From the human T2T-CHM13v2.0 reference genome, Homo sapiens, in the NCBI RefSeq assembly GCF_009914755.1, contig NC_060939.1: DNA of 64,000 bases, one strand, 5' to 3'. The notes under the pieces are model-generated. The model was given only the letters and a program-made list of their open reading frames with translations. It was not told where the DNA came from and searched no databases. Below, piece after piece: positions 1-16,274 of the stretch (the first letter of the stretch is position 1; each line of letters starts with the position of its first letter). The position numbers and the translations under genes were made by a program.

Positions 1-455
1 GTTTACTTACTTTAGAGACCCTGCTATAGCTCAGGGTCTCTTGAATTTAGCAAGCCTAATCAACTGTGGCCCATATGATAATTCAGTCACCACTTTATTC
101 TAATTACTACAAAATTATGGTGTCATTTTGCCCTTCACCTGGTACAGGGAATCATTTACATATTAATTCTGCCCGTGTTTTCTTCTTGGCCAGTTACCAG
201 TAAAGTAACACTGCTTGGCTCCACCGTGTTCATAAACACATCTGTAAATGATAACACTGAATTTGGCTACTAATGTTTGCTTATTTAAAAATCTTAAGGG
301 TTATTTTCATAAAGAAATCACAAAATTAGAATACTTCTCATAGAGAACTCTTAGATTCCCAGCATGTCTATGAAGAATGCGTCTCTAAGGATCCAAAGAT
401 CCCAGTTGGAGGAGTATCTGCCTAGTTCATAATTGGTAACTGGGTGGCAGATATA

Positions 456-533
456 CTGACTTTTCATTACTAGCCCATGACAGACATGCTAATTCCTGAC
501 TTTTCATTACTAGCCCATGACAGACATGCTAAT
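456..533. repeat. Tandem duplication, period 40 (38 identical bp x2)
   Basis: ctgacttttcattactagcccatgacagacatgctaat at 456-493 and 496-533. Confidence 0.95.
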
Positions 534-833
534 CGATAGGGCAGACATTACTGATCTATCTAGATGCTCTTTCCCCTCTGAGCCTGTGTTGGGATTCAAG
601 TTCTTCTCTACATGATCAAAGCAATCCTTCAGAGTTGGCCTTACTTACCTATTCACCTAGGCGTTACTTATCCTATTCACCTAGTGGGTAGGATAGACTA
701 GACTGTAGAGGATTTTCTCTAGCTTTAGAAGTCCGGCATTATCAGGAAGCAGTGGGAAAATTTTGAGAAGGGAGTACTAGGAGGAGGAGTTGAGTGGTGG
801 TACCTGGAATGGTAAAGAGAGGGAAGAAAGTGG

Positions 834-2430
<1,597 letters not shown>

Positions 2431-2504
2431 GAGAAAAATGGGGGAATTTTTGTTATGTAGCCACAGAAGTAGATTTGGCTGCCTAGGAAGAATTGATGGA
2501 ACAG

Positions 2505-2885
2505 ATATTGTAAACTGGTGGCTTAAGTTCTGTATTTTGCCCTCTAACATGTTTTTGGTTTTGGCCCAAAATGTGGTTAGTTGGTTGGTTGGTTGGTTGG
2601 TTGGTTTTAATTAGGACTAACAATGAATATTGGGATTTTATAGTAAAATCTGGACTTTGGTTTCTTTTGAAAAATGAGATAATCCAACGACACTCACCCG
2701 ACATTTCTGGACGGCACCAGTTGCCTGGAGCTGAATGGTGGCTGCCCCATTAGAAAGGCCATGGATGTGGTCTTCAGTTTGCCACAGTCCCTACCACCCT
2801 CTAAGGTATTCTTTGCAGTGATCCCAGACTGCTTCACTTAGATTCCCTGCTTGGCAGCTGTAGGCATTTGAGTTTGTTACCCTTG
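2505..2885 (-). mobile_element. MER102-like hAT-Charlie DNA transposon relic containing (TGGT)n
   Basis: Motifs cagtttgccacagtccctaccac and tgtaggcatttgagtttg resemble MER102 as I recall it. Confidence 0.55.
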
Positions 2886-2903
2886 TCAGAAGGTGAACTG
2901 TGA

Positions 2904-3246
<343 letters not shown>

Positions 3247-4034
3247 CTAAGGAACTACACCATTTGAAAGGGAGGTGGAGGAGCTGGCCAAGAAGGCTTG
3301 AAGAGCAACCAGAGGGGCAGGAGAAAGCCAGGAGTACTCTTATGAAGAGGAGGGAATGCCGACCAGCTGAGCCTAGTGCTGCTGACTTGGTCTGACACAA
3401 AAGATGTGTCCTTTGGTCTAGTCATGTGGAGGTCATCAGAGGAGGTCATCAGTAACCTCGGTGAGAGATGCTGTATTCTCAGGGTGCTGGGTGAAAGGCT
3501 AATTGTGAGACGTTGAGGAGTGGACGGGGGTGGGGAATGGAGATAGGGTTGGAAACTTATTCCAGAAGTTTGGCTGTGAAGAGCAACTTGTGTTGCGGAA
3601 CCAGAGGACTAACTCAGCATATCACCCTGGAGTGTTGATTGGACTTGAATATTTGCGCAGACTCATTATTTTCATGTGAAAATAAACCAATGATAAGACA
3701 ATAGATATGTCATAGATTAGCGAGCTCTCAGGATGGAGGAGAGAGAGAAGATGGAAATATTAGGTTTGGGCTAAATATTGAGGACTTTCCTTTTGCGAGG
3801 CACTGTAATCCCTTTCACATGTTGTTATCTCACATAGTCCTCAAAATGAGCCTATGGTGTGTATATCTGGAATTTTCCTCATTTTTGTGGATGAGTAAAC
3901 TGAGGCTTAGAGAGGCATGGTTGCAGAGCTGGTAAGTGGTAGAGCCAGGGTTTGAATCTAGCTATCACAGTGAATGTCTGTATACTTAGCTACTTTAATT
4001 TCCCTCATAAGGATCTTCAGCTGCTTTTACTCCC

Positions 4035-4640
4035 TGCTGTAAGGTATCAGTATCATTTGTTGAAAAGACTTTTCTTTGCCCATTGAATTGCTGTGGCAAT
4101 TTTGTTGCAATCAGTTGGCCATATAAGTGTTGGTTTATTTTTAGACTCTTTTCTGTTCCAGTGATTTGTATATCTGTCTTTTTGACAATAGCACACTGTC
4201 TGTATATTATAGCTTTATAATAAGGCTTAAAACCTGGTAATTTAAGTCCTCTAACTTACCTCTTTTTGAAAATTGCTCTGGCCAGGTGCCATGGCTCATG
4301 CCTGTAATCCCAGCACTTTGGGAGGCTGAGGCGGGTAGATAGCTTGAGCCCAGGAATTCTAGACCAGCCTAGGTAACATGGTGAAATCCGTCTCTAAAAA
4401 AAAAAAACGAAAATTAGCTGGGCGTGGTGGTGCGTGCCTGTATTTGGGAGGTGGAGGTTGCAGTGAGCTGTGATTGTGACACTGCACTCCAGCCTGGGCA
4501 ACAGAGACCCTGTCTCAAAAAAAAAAAAAAAAATTGCTCTGACTATTCTAGGTCATTTGCACATCCATAAATTTTAGAATTATCTTGTCAATGTCTCTGA
4601 AAGGACCCGCTGGGATTTTGGATTGTAATCGTGTTGGCTA
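4035..4640 (-). mobile_element. L1M fragment interrupted by a + strand Alu (4280-4531, internally deleted)
   Basis: Antisense L1-type text (catttgttgaaaagact…tttgcacatccataaattttagaat); Alu TSD aaaattgctctg. Confidence 0.75.
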
Positions 4641-4729
4641 TTGTGAGACTTTTCTCAACAAGGAATTAATGAGGCCTGGATCTCATTTCCTGTAGGCATT
4701 AAAGAAAATTCCACTGAGATGTGTGACTG

Positions 4730-5095
4730 TAGGCCAAAGGTCACTAACTCAGTAAGTGAGGCAGGTAAGGAAAATGAATGGAGGGGCCAGGAATGAGATG
4801 ATCATGGCAGCTGATCCTGGGCCATCGTGAAGGGATAATAGGGTACAGTGAGGACTTGGCAAACACGATCTAAGGGGGTGGCCTCTTCTCAGCTTCATCC
4901 AGCGATGCCATGCAAGAACATGGGTTCAGTGTTGTCTGATCTTTCAATCAGGAGAAGTTGGAAATCCATATTTTTATGCAGTGTCCTGATTTTTTCAATT
5001 GAAATTTAATACACTGAATGGGTCAACATCTGGTGGGTAAACAGAACACTCTAGGTGAAATGTGGCCTATGGGCTGCCAGTCTGTGACCTCGGCC
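4730..5095 (+). mobile_element. MER102-like hAT-Charlie relic, opposite orientation to the 2505-2885 copy
   Basis: gtgaggacttggcaaac, ctaagggggtggcc and ggctgccagtctgtgacctc are reverse-complement counterparts of motifs in the upstream copy. Confidence 0.5.
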
Positions 5096-5425
5096 TTAGG
5101 CTAATCATTCTTTGGTTCACATGTTCATCATCTGTAAACATGAAGGTGTTGAAGACAGTCTCAAAGTTCTTTTTCTAGCTCAGTGAGTCTAAATTTCAAA
5201 AGAGGAAAATGTCAAAATAACTCAGAGTTTGAAGAGGTAGCTGAGATCAGCAATAATGATAATATCTTAAGAAGTTGACCAGAGCTTTACATTTGACATA
5301 CCACTCTTGTATCTGTGTCATTTAATCCTCACTTTATCTTGTGCAGGAGGCATCAGAGTTGTTTGCCCAACCACACGGGAGTTGCAGGTTACAAAGTCAC
5401 ATCATCCGATTCCAGGTCCAGTGCT

Positions 5426-5912
<487 letters not shown>

Positions 5913-8074
5913 GCCGTGTTCTTTTTTAACAGTCTTTGAAGGCTTCGGAAATAGGTGCTTTGGGAGGGAGAGCAGTTATGGGGGATTGTGAGACGGCCTT
6001 CAGCTCAGTTGAGGGCAGGTCCCTATCTGGATTTATAACTTAGTTTGGTTGAAGTGTCAAGGCTTTTGGGTAAGAGTTGAAGCCTTTGTGAGAACTCTCT
6101 GAAGGCAGGAACTTTAGCATACATTCATCTTAGTAAGCCAGTGCCTGGCATACTACCTGACACACAGTTAAGTTTTTGTATCAGTAAATCAATGGATAAA
6201 TTGATCCTTCAAAAAAGAAATCAAAGGCTTTAAATCAAGATGGCTGAGAATTTTGTCCAGAGAATTTCAAGAATAGTCAGATGCTTCTGATAAGTACTTT
6301 TAGAATGTTAAGATTGAAAGCTGAGAGACTTTATTCCTATAACTCCACTCCTAGATGGAAAAAACTCACCATGTCGTCCTCCTCATGTTTGACTCTGAGA
6401 TTTGGGTTTTGATTAATAGGTTATAACTGTCTCCCTGTGCAGTACATTTAAGAAATCAAATACAGCAGGTATAAGGGAAGTTAAAGCCACTGAAGGATTT
6501 CGTATGCCTTTAAAATTTCCAAACAAGTATAAGTCTTTATCTTTTGAGAATACATATTGAAATATGGAGTGATACCATGTCTGAAATTTCTTTCAGTGAG
6601 GCACTGCGGGTAGTGGAGAGGGTAAAGATGAAAGATGATTGTATATAAGTTGGTAATTTTTAAGCTAGAAGATGGATAGATGGGGTTTCATTATACTTGT
6701 CTTTATTTCACATATACTATTTGAAATCTTTCATAATAAATGTAAAAAGGAAATTATCAGAGAGCTTCATAGGTTCAACAATGCTTTTGGTAAACCAAAC
6801 TTCACCTTTTTTTTTTTTTTTTGAGTTTGTAATTAGTATGATCATCGAGGGAAAGATGGGACAAAGGAAAAGAGCATGGCAGAAATGGGCATATGGGCTT
6901 TGAGGCTGACAGCCGTGGCTCAGCCTCCTGCTAGCCACGTGGCAAGTCACTGAACTTCCGAGTCTGGGTCTCCAGGTCTGTAACAGCAGGAGAGTACAGT
7001 CTCATTTGCATGGTTGTGGGGAGGATTAGGGATGAAGTGGGCCAAGTGTCCGAGAACAGCACCTGGCCCATCCTAGGGGCTTAGATCTGGTAGTGTTTTA
7101 TTATTGTTAGAGACAGAGAGTGATGAAGGGTAAAAATCTGCCCCAGGGCTCTCGTCTATAACCCTTTCTTCTCTATATGAATTATAGTGCCAAGGGTTAT
7201 GTAACCATGGAGCTAATTTATTATTTTAGAAACAGAACTCTTAAAGACCAGATCAGACCACTTTGAGATTTACAAGAACTGTAACCAGTTTATTGCTTTT
7301 TGAAAAATGAAGTAAGGAAGAACTTACAAAGAAAGGCATATTAAAATGGTGGGATGCCATTTTATACCTATTGAATTGACCTCCTTCCTTACCCCAATTA
7401 ATGGTAATATCCAATATCAATGAGTTTTTTTGGTGAAACTTTTCTCATATGTATATTAGTAAACTCTTTGGGAAAGCATTTCGGCAGTATACGTTGAGAG
7501 CCACCAAAAGGCCCATATCCAGAGATTTAGTAATCACCCTTTGGAAGGTGTTCTAAGGAAATAATTCAGAAGAACTGTTATATACCCACTAAAAATTACT
7601 CTGTAATAGCATAGAAAAGGCTTATGATGAGCATGCTAGGTTGTACCTATCTTATGATCACAGCTATGCAGTCCTTACCATAAATGTAAACGGAGGCTGG
7701 AAAAGAGCATGAAGAAGGGAAAACAGCTAATGTGTTAGGGTTGTGGATAGTAGCTTAGTTTTTCTTTCAGAAATTCTTTTATTGTTGTTAAAGATTATGC
7801 CAGTGTATCCAAACATACACACTCAAAGACCTTGCAAGAGGACGTTACTATCATGGTATATGGGACATTTGGAACATGGGTAAGCTCTTTCCGAAAATAG
7901 AGTAATCAAAACCCAGAAAGCACCGGAAACCTTGAGGGTGTGATCACTTACGTCGAGAAGAAATTGAAACAAGACTTTCATTCTTGAACCGTTCCCCTAC
8001 AAAATACTATACTTTGATGCTTCTTTAGATCTTTGCTGTTACCTCTCAGCGTTCTTAAATCACTTTGTTTCCAG

Positions 8075-8173
8075 GTTCAATTTCAGAAGCTTCAGCAACT
8101 GCGCCTTACACAGTACCATGGAGGATCCTTACCAAATGTGAGCCAGCTGCGGAGCAATGCGTCAGAGTTTCAG
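8075..8173 (+). CDS. CRTC3: CRTC3 coding exon 2 (aa 45-77, VQFQKLQQLRLTQYHGGSLPNVSQLRSNASEFQ), 99 nt, phase 0/0
   Basis: Acceptor ctttgtttccAG (8073-8074), donor CAG|GTACCT (8174). The translation matches the CRTC3 N-terminal region as I recall it, including the CRTC-family YHGGSLPNV motif, and joins in frame to the exon at 62002. Confidence 0.97.
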
Positions 8174-8366
8174 GTACCTCCAGATATGTACTTTCTTGAA
8201 GCTGAATGGAGTGTAAAAAATAGACAAAGATTATCACTAAAAAGATGAGATCTTGAAGGATAAGCTGGGCCTAGGTACAGTTCAGTCTTCTTTTGGAAAG
8301 TCCATTAATATTCTCTCTCATAGTTTCTACAGCATACGATAGTGTTATTTCACAAATGGCTGAAGG

Positions 8367-9031
<665 letters not shown>

Positions 9032-9817
9032 GTGTAAGACACAGATAAGTAGTCTGTATTGCATTTAGATTACTGCAGTGTCCTCGGGTGCTTTCATCGT
9101 TCACATCAGTGGAAAGCCTTGTTCAAACCAATGTGGAATTGGTGTTTCAGACAATGGTATATGGCACTATTGTTAAGACCTGAATTAGACCTGCTTAGAT
9201 ATCCCAATCTGTGAAACATTAGGAGCCTGTCATTCTAATTATGCAATTTAAGATTCGGTGTTAAAGTTGAGATATAAACTTTAAGATGAAGCATTAATTG
9301 ATTGTTTGGATGCCTGACCATTTTAAAAGCACTGTCTTATTTCTTTGTGGTAGAAACTGGGTTCACTTTTTTGATGATGTCAAATAAAGCCAAATGTATT
9401 ATTTAAGTTGGGGACTTCCATTTGAGAGTGCTGATGGGAACTCCAAATATAATGGTGATTAGAAAAAGTACTACATGAACATATTTGTACCCTATTGCAC
9501 CGGAATCTTGTCTTCAATATAATGACAATGGACTCTTTACCATATTACTGCCTGTATTAGAGATCTACCTTCATATATCAAACTACCTTATATATTAACC
9601 CACTGGGTTATTTAGTATCCAAATAACATAGGTCTCTGCCTTATGCGGGATTTCATACTTCAGGAAATACAGCATTGTGCAAGTTTGCTGTGTCTGAGAT
9701 CCCAATTTTGTGCTACTTTATTGTCAACTTTAGAGGAATATAGAATTTACTATGATGTTCCCCTCCGGTTGCATTGGGGAATGGGATAAAATGATAATCC
9801 TTGGCCTTCCCAGGATT

Positions 9818-10517
9818 CTTTTTTTTTTTTTTTTTTTTTTGAGATGGAGTCTCACTCTGTCGCCCAGGCAGGAGTGCAGTAGTGCAATCTCAGCTCACTG
9901 CAACCTCCATCACCTGGGTTCAAGCATTCTCCTGCCTCAGCCTCCTGAGTAGCTGGGATTACAGGCGTGCACTACCACGCCCAGCTAATTTTTATATTTT
10001 TAGTAGAGATGGGGTTTCACCATGTTGGTCAATTGGTCTTGAACTCCTGACCTCAAGTAATCCACCCACCTTGGCCTCCCAAAGTGCTGGGATTACAGGC
10101 ATGAGCCACCGTGCGTAGCCCCCAGGATTCTTTTCATACTGTTTTTGTTTTGTTTTGTTTTGTTTTTCTTTGCAACAGTCACAAACTTACACAATACTTG
10201 GAAGTATAGTCCACTTAATTTTTTTTTTTTTTTGAGACCGAGTCTCATTCTGTCGCCTAGGCTGGAGTGCAATAGCGCGATCTCAGCTTACTGCAACTTC
10301 CAGCTCCTGAGTTCAAGAGATTCTTCTGCCTCAGCCTCCCAAGTAGCTGGGATCATAGGCGTGCGTCACCACGCCTGGCTAATTTTTGTATTTTTAGTAG
10401 AGACAGTGTCTCACCATGTTGGCCAGGCTGGTCTCGAACTCCTGACCTCAGGTGATCCGCCCATCTCGTCCTCCCAAAGTGCTGGGATTACAGGCATGAA
10501 CTACTGTGCCCTGCTGA
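9818..10517 (-). mobile_element. Two antisense AluS elements (9818-10120, 10219-10517)
   Basis: Poly(T) plus Alu reverse complement; the first has TSD cccaggattcttt. Confidence 0.9.
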
Positions 10518-10519
10518 CA

Positions 10520-11700
10520 TAACTTTTTTTTCACTTGGGAATAAGTTCCTGACCTGATGCCCCATCACCCCCTAATATTTCACTGTGTTTTTCCTACAAG
10601 CAAAGACGTTGTTCTATATAACCAAAATACAGCCATCAAGATAAGAAAATTAACAGTGATCCATTATTACAATCTGATCTTCAGACTGCATTCACCAAAT
10701 GTCCCCCTGCTGTCCTCTGTAGCAAAAGGATTCAGTTCAGAATCACATGCAGTTATTGCCTGCAGTCTCCTTCAGTCTGGAACAGCTTTTCAGCCTTTTA
10801 TTTTTGACATTAATTCAAGTACTCTTAACGTTTGTGATCCTGTCACATTTGAAGATTACAGGCCAGTTTTTTTGTAGATATAACCCCTCAATTGGGGTCT
10901 GCCTAATGTATCTTTGTGATTTGATTCAGACTATGCATCTTTGGCAGGAATAACGTAGAAGAAGTGAGGCTGTTATGGTATCACATTAGGGACATGATTT
11001 TGATGTGTCCTGTTAATGATGATGTTCTCTTTTATCAATTAAGGTGGTGTCCACCAGGCATGGTGGCTCACACCTGTAATCCCAGCATTTTGGGAGGCTG
11101 AGGCAGGCGGATCGCTTGAGCTCAGGAGTTTGAGCCAGCCTGGGCAACATGGAGAGACCCTGTCTCTACTGAAAAAAAAAAAAAAAAAGGCCAGATGTGG
11201 TGGTGCACGCCTCTGGTCCCAGCTACTTGGGAAGCCGAAGTGGGAGGATTGAGTGCTTGAGTCCAGAGAGCAGAGATTTCAGTGAGCTCAGATGGGGCCA
11301 CAGTACTCCAGCTTGGGTGACAGAGCCAAACCCTGTCTCAAAAAAAAAAAAAAAAAAAAAGGTGGCCTGTCTGTCAGGCTTCCCCATTTAAAGTAACTCT
11401 TTTCCCCTTTGTAATGAATAAATATTTTGCGAGGAGATACTTTATCCTGATCTTCATTAAACTTTCAATCTATACATTCATTTTTTATCTCTCGGTATAT
11501 GGTTTTATGATTTTCTATTTTATTCAATCTATTATAATCTATTATTTTATTTATTCATTTTTGAAGCAATGAAAGCACAGATTTATTGAAATAAAAGTAT
11601 GCTCTACAGAGTAAGAGTGGGCTTGAAGCGCAAGCTAATCTATTATTTTTATTTTGATCTTCACATTCTCCCCAATTAGGCTGGTGGGAGCCCTCTTCCG
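10520..11700 (-). mobile_element. L1MC-type 3' fragment interrupted by a + strand AluJ (11052-11360)
   Basis: ccccatcaccccctaatatttc…tatataaccaaaatacagccatcaa is typical of old L1MC 3' UTR; Alu TSD aaggtgg. Confidence 0.65.
11549..11635 (-). mobile_element. Short processed retrocopy of an ERV1-type LTR 3' end
   Basis: 14-bp TSD taatctattatttt (11535-11548, 11636-11649); degenerate poly(T) at 11549-11562; minus-strand AATAAA at 11582-11587; body resembles a MER51/MER4-group LTR R region. Confidence 0.65.
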
Positions 11701-12044
11701 AACTGAGAAAAATTCTTGAAAAACTGAGGAGAGTCCCAGAGCACAGATTTTTTTTAAGTAAATGTTTTTGAGGTATTATGTAAATACAATATAATTTATA
11801 CCTTTTTTAGGTATACAGCTCTTTGCCATATAATCACCACCACAATGAAGATGTAGAATAGTTCCATTACCCCAAAAGGTTCCCTTGTGTCTGTTTGTAA
11901 GTATTCTCCATCCCCCACCTCCAGCCTCTGGAAACCACCATCTGTAGTTTTGACTCTTCCAGTGTCCTATTAGTGGAATCAAATGTCCGTAGTCTTTTGA
12001 GTTTTTCTCTCACTTAGCATTTGAGATTCATCTGGGTGGTTGCG

Positions 12045-12505
12045 TGTGTTAGTTTCCTAGGGCTGCTGTAACAAAGTACCACAAACTTAGTGCCTTAAAA
12101 CAACAGAAATTTATTTTCTCATGTTCTCATGTTCTGAGTCCAGAAGTTGGAAATCAGCATGGTGTCAGCAGCACCATGAACGCTCTGGGGAAGAATCCCT
12201 CCTTGTCTCTTCCTAGCTTCCGTGGTCTGCGGCAGTCCTTAACTTGTAGCTGCATCACTTACTCTCTGCCTCTGTCATCACACGACTTTCTTCATTGTTT
12301 GTCTGTGTCTGTGTTTAAATCTTCCTCTCCTTTTTCTTATAAAGAACTAGTCATTGGATTTAGGGCCTACCCTAATTCAATATGATCTCACCTTTGCTTG
12401 ATTACATCTGCAAAGATTCTGTTTTCAAATAAAGTCATATTCACAGGTTCTGGGGCTTAGGACTTGAAGATATCTCTTTTGGTGGCCATAATTTAACCCA
12501 CTACA
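12045..12505 (-). mobile_element. MLT1 (MaLR) solo LTR, MLT1C-like
   Basis: tgtgttagtttcctagggctgctgtaacaaagtaccacaaac…taatttaacccactaca; TG..CA ends; 5-bp TSD ttgcg/ttgca. Confidence 0.85.
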
Positions 12506-13498
12506 TTGCATTGATCAGTAGTTCATTTCTTTTTATTGCTGAGTAGAATTCCATTCTATGGATGTAGATAATTTATGCATTCATCAGTTAGTTGATGGGC
12601 ATTTGGGTTGTTTCCACCTTTTGGCAATTATGAATAAATATTCTATAAACATTCACATACAGTTTTTATGTAAGTAGCTAGTAGTGGAATTGCTAGATCA
12701 TACAGTAAGTGTATATTAACTTTAGCTTTATAAGAAATCGCCAAGCTGTTCTCCAAAGTGGCTCTACTGTTTCACATTCTTACCAGCAGTGCATGAGAGT
12801 TCCAGCGACCCTGTATCTGCTCTAGCACTTGGTATTTCAGAGTTTCAAAAAAATGGTGGTTAAAAAACAGAACATAAAATTTACCATCTTAACCATTTTT
12901 TAAAGTAGTTTATTGGTATCTTCTAAAACCATTTTTAAATGTATAGTTCAGTGGTATTACATACATTCATATTGTGCAACCAATCTCCAGAATTTTTTCA
13001 TCTGACAAAACTGAAATTCTATGCCCATTCAATAAGAATTCTCCATGTTCCCTTCCCACCAGCCTCTGGCAACTACTGTTTTTTCTGTCTCTATGACTTT
13101 GACTATTCTAAGTGCCTCATATGAGGGAAATCATATACTATTTGTCTTTTTTGTGACTGGCTTGTGCTTAGTATAATGTCTTCAGGGTTCACCCGTGTTA
13201 TAGTCTGTGACATGATTTCCTTCCTTTTCAAGGCTGAGTAACATTTCATTGTATGTGGATGCCACATTTTGTTCCATTCATCCGCTAATGGATACTTGGG
13301 TTGCCGCCACCTCTTGGCTATTGTGAATAATGCTGCTATGAACATGGGTGTGCAAATATCTCTTCAAGGCTCTGCTTTCCATTCTTTTGGGTACATACTC
13401 AGAAGTAGGATTGCTGAATCATATGACAATTGTGGTTTTAATTTTTTTTTTTTTTTTTTGAGACTGAATCTCGCTCTGTCGCCCAGGCTGGAGTGTAG

Positions 13499-13856
<358 letters not shown>

Positions 13857-14415
13857 TGATCCGCCCGCCTTGGCCTCCCAAAGTGCTGGGATTACAGGCG
13901 TGAGCCACTGCGCCTGGCCTTGTCTAGTTTTTAAATTGAGTTGTTAATTTTCTTAATCAGTTGTGAGAGTTGTTTATATATTCTGGATACCAGTTCTTTA
14001 TCAGATATGTATTTTGCAAATATTTTCTCCCAGTCTGTGGCTTGTTTTTTCATTTTCTCAAGTCTCAAAGAGTAGAAGTTTTAAGTTTTGAAGTCTAGTT
14101 TATCAATTGTGTTATTTTATGATTTGTGCTTTTGTCTTATCTATTAATAAGAGTTCTTCATCTAACTCAAGTTCCCGAAGGTTTTTTTTCTATGTGTTTC
14201 TCTATTAGTTTTATAGCTCTGTCTTTTACACTTAAGTAAATTATGAGTTAATTTTTTTGTGTGGTACAGGGTTTGGGTTTGAGGCTCACTCATTTTGCAT
14301 AGGGATGTTAAATTGTTCTAGAACCATTTGATGAAGACTTTCTTTTCCCTATTGAATGCCTTGGTACCTTTGTTGAAAATCAATTGACCATATACATGTG
14401 GGTCTATTTCCGGAC

Positions 14416-14505
14416 TCTTCTGTGTCATTGGTTTCTTTGTCTGTCATTTTGCTAATACCATCTTCTGTGTCATTGGTTTCTTTGTCTATCATTTTGCTAA
14501 TACCA
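14416..14505. repeat. 45-bp tandem duplication (1 mismatch) inside L1M
   Basis: tcttctgtgtcattggtttctttgtct(g/a)tcattttgctaatacca x2. Confidence 0.95.
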
Positions 14506-14649
14506 CACTGTCTTGATTACTGTACCTTTATAGGAAGGCTTGGAATTAGGTAATGAGAGTCGTCTTTGTTCTTTTTTGAAGCTGTTTTGCTTATTTTCAT
14601 TCCTTTGCTTTTCCATAACATTTTAGAATCAGCTTGTTAATGTCTATAA

Positions 14650-14964
<315 letters not shown>

Positions 14965-15931
14965 AACACCTGCTAGGATTTTAAACAGGATTGCATTGAA
15001 TCTATAGATAGGTTGGGGATAATTGACATCTTTATAATATGGAGTCTTCCACGAAGAAGACTTCCATGTACAGAAAAACAGATTTTTATTGAAGTTCAGT
15101 TGCTTATAATCATTTATATACAATTCTCCTTTTATTTTTATTATATTGATATATTTTTGATTGACAAAATTGTATATATTTATGGTATACAATACGATAT
15201 TTTGATAAATGTATACCTTGTGGAATGGCTAAATCAGACAAACATATGCATCCTCTCACATCATTATCATTTCTTTTGTGGTGAGAATCTGCTCTCAGCA
15301 ATTTGCAATATATGATACATTGTTATTAACTTTAGCAATCATGATGTACTATAGATATCTTGAACTTGTTCTTCCTGTCTACTCCTTTTATGTTTGTAAA
15401 TCACTTTGGAGTTTACAAAATGCTTTCATATCTGTTATTTTACTTCATCCTCTTACTACAACATTGGTTGGTAAGTGTAGTACTATTTTAATATACTAAA
15501 GACCAATTTTCTATCCTAATGGAGGATCTCAAAGTGCATTCTTTTTTTCTAACCCAATGAGCCCTTATGCAAAGAACATAGACTTATCAGATGAGTAAAC
15601 AAAAGCCAACTTTTCAGGCTGCCTTCTGATAATCTTTAGCAAGGGGCAGACCATCAGTAAAGGGGTAGCTAGGGTTATAGCCCTCATGTCTCTAGGCAGG
15701 GCCTGGCACACATACACTGAGGGCAGAGAGGAGGAAGTGGGCATTATCTTCTTCTCTGAGAGCGAGGGCTAGGGCTGTCTCTTCTGCTTAGTGGAGGGAT
15801 AGCATGTTCCAGCCTGTGTAACAGCTAGGGCACATGTTGACTGAATGGCTTGTCAGGCAGCTGTAGAGAGAGGGACAAAGGGCTTCTCTCTGTATAGGGC
15901 TTTGTAGGTATAGTTGTAGCTTTTCGTATCC

Positions 15932-16274
<343 letters not shown>

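Noticed and set aside
456-533. CRISPR-like repeat
   Set aside because: Two adjacent copies with no spacers, in a primate intron; a simple tandem duplication.
8033-8248. 71-aa ORF as a standalone gene
   Set aside because: It is CRTC3 exon 2 plus intronic flanks, begins at a non-ATG codon, and splice sites delimit the real coding part.
13103-13345. L1 ORF2-like peptide (also 45918-46127 and part of 14737-15192)
   Set aside because: Short decayed fragments of old L1M copies; no intact ORF2.
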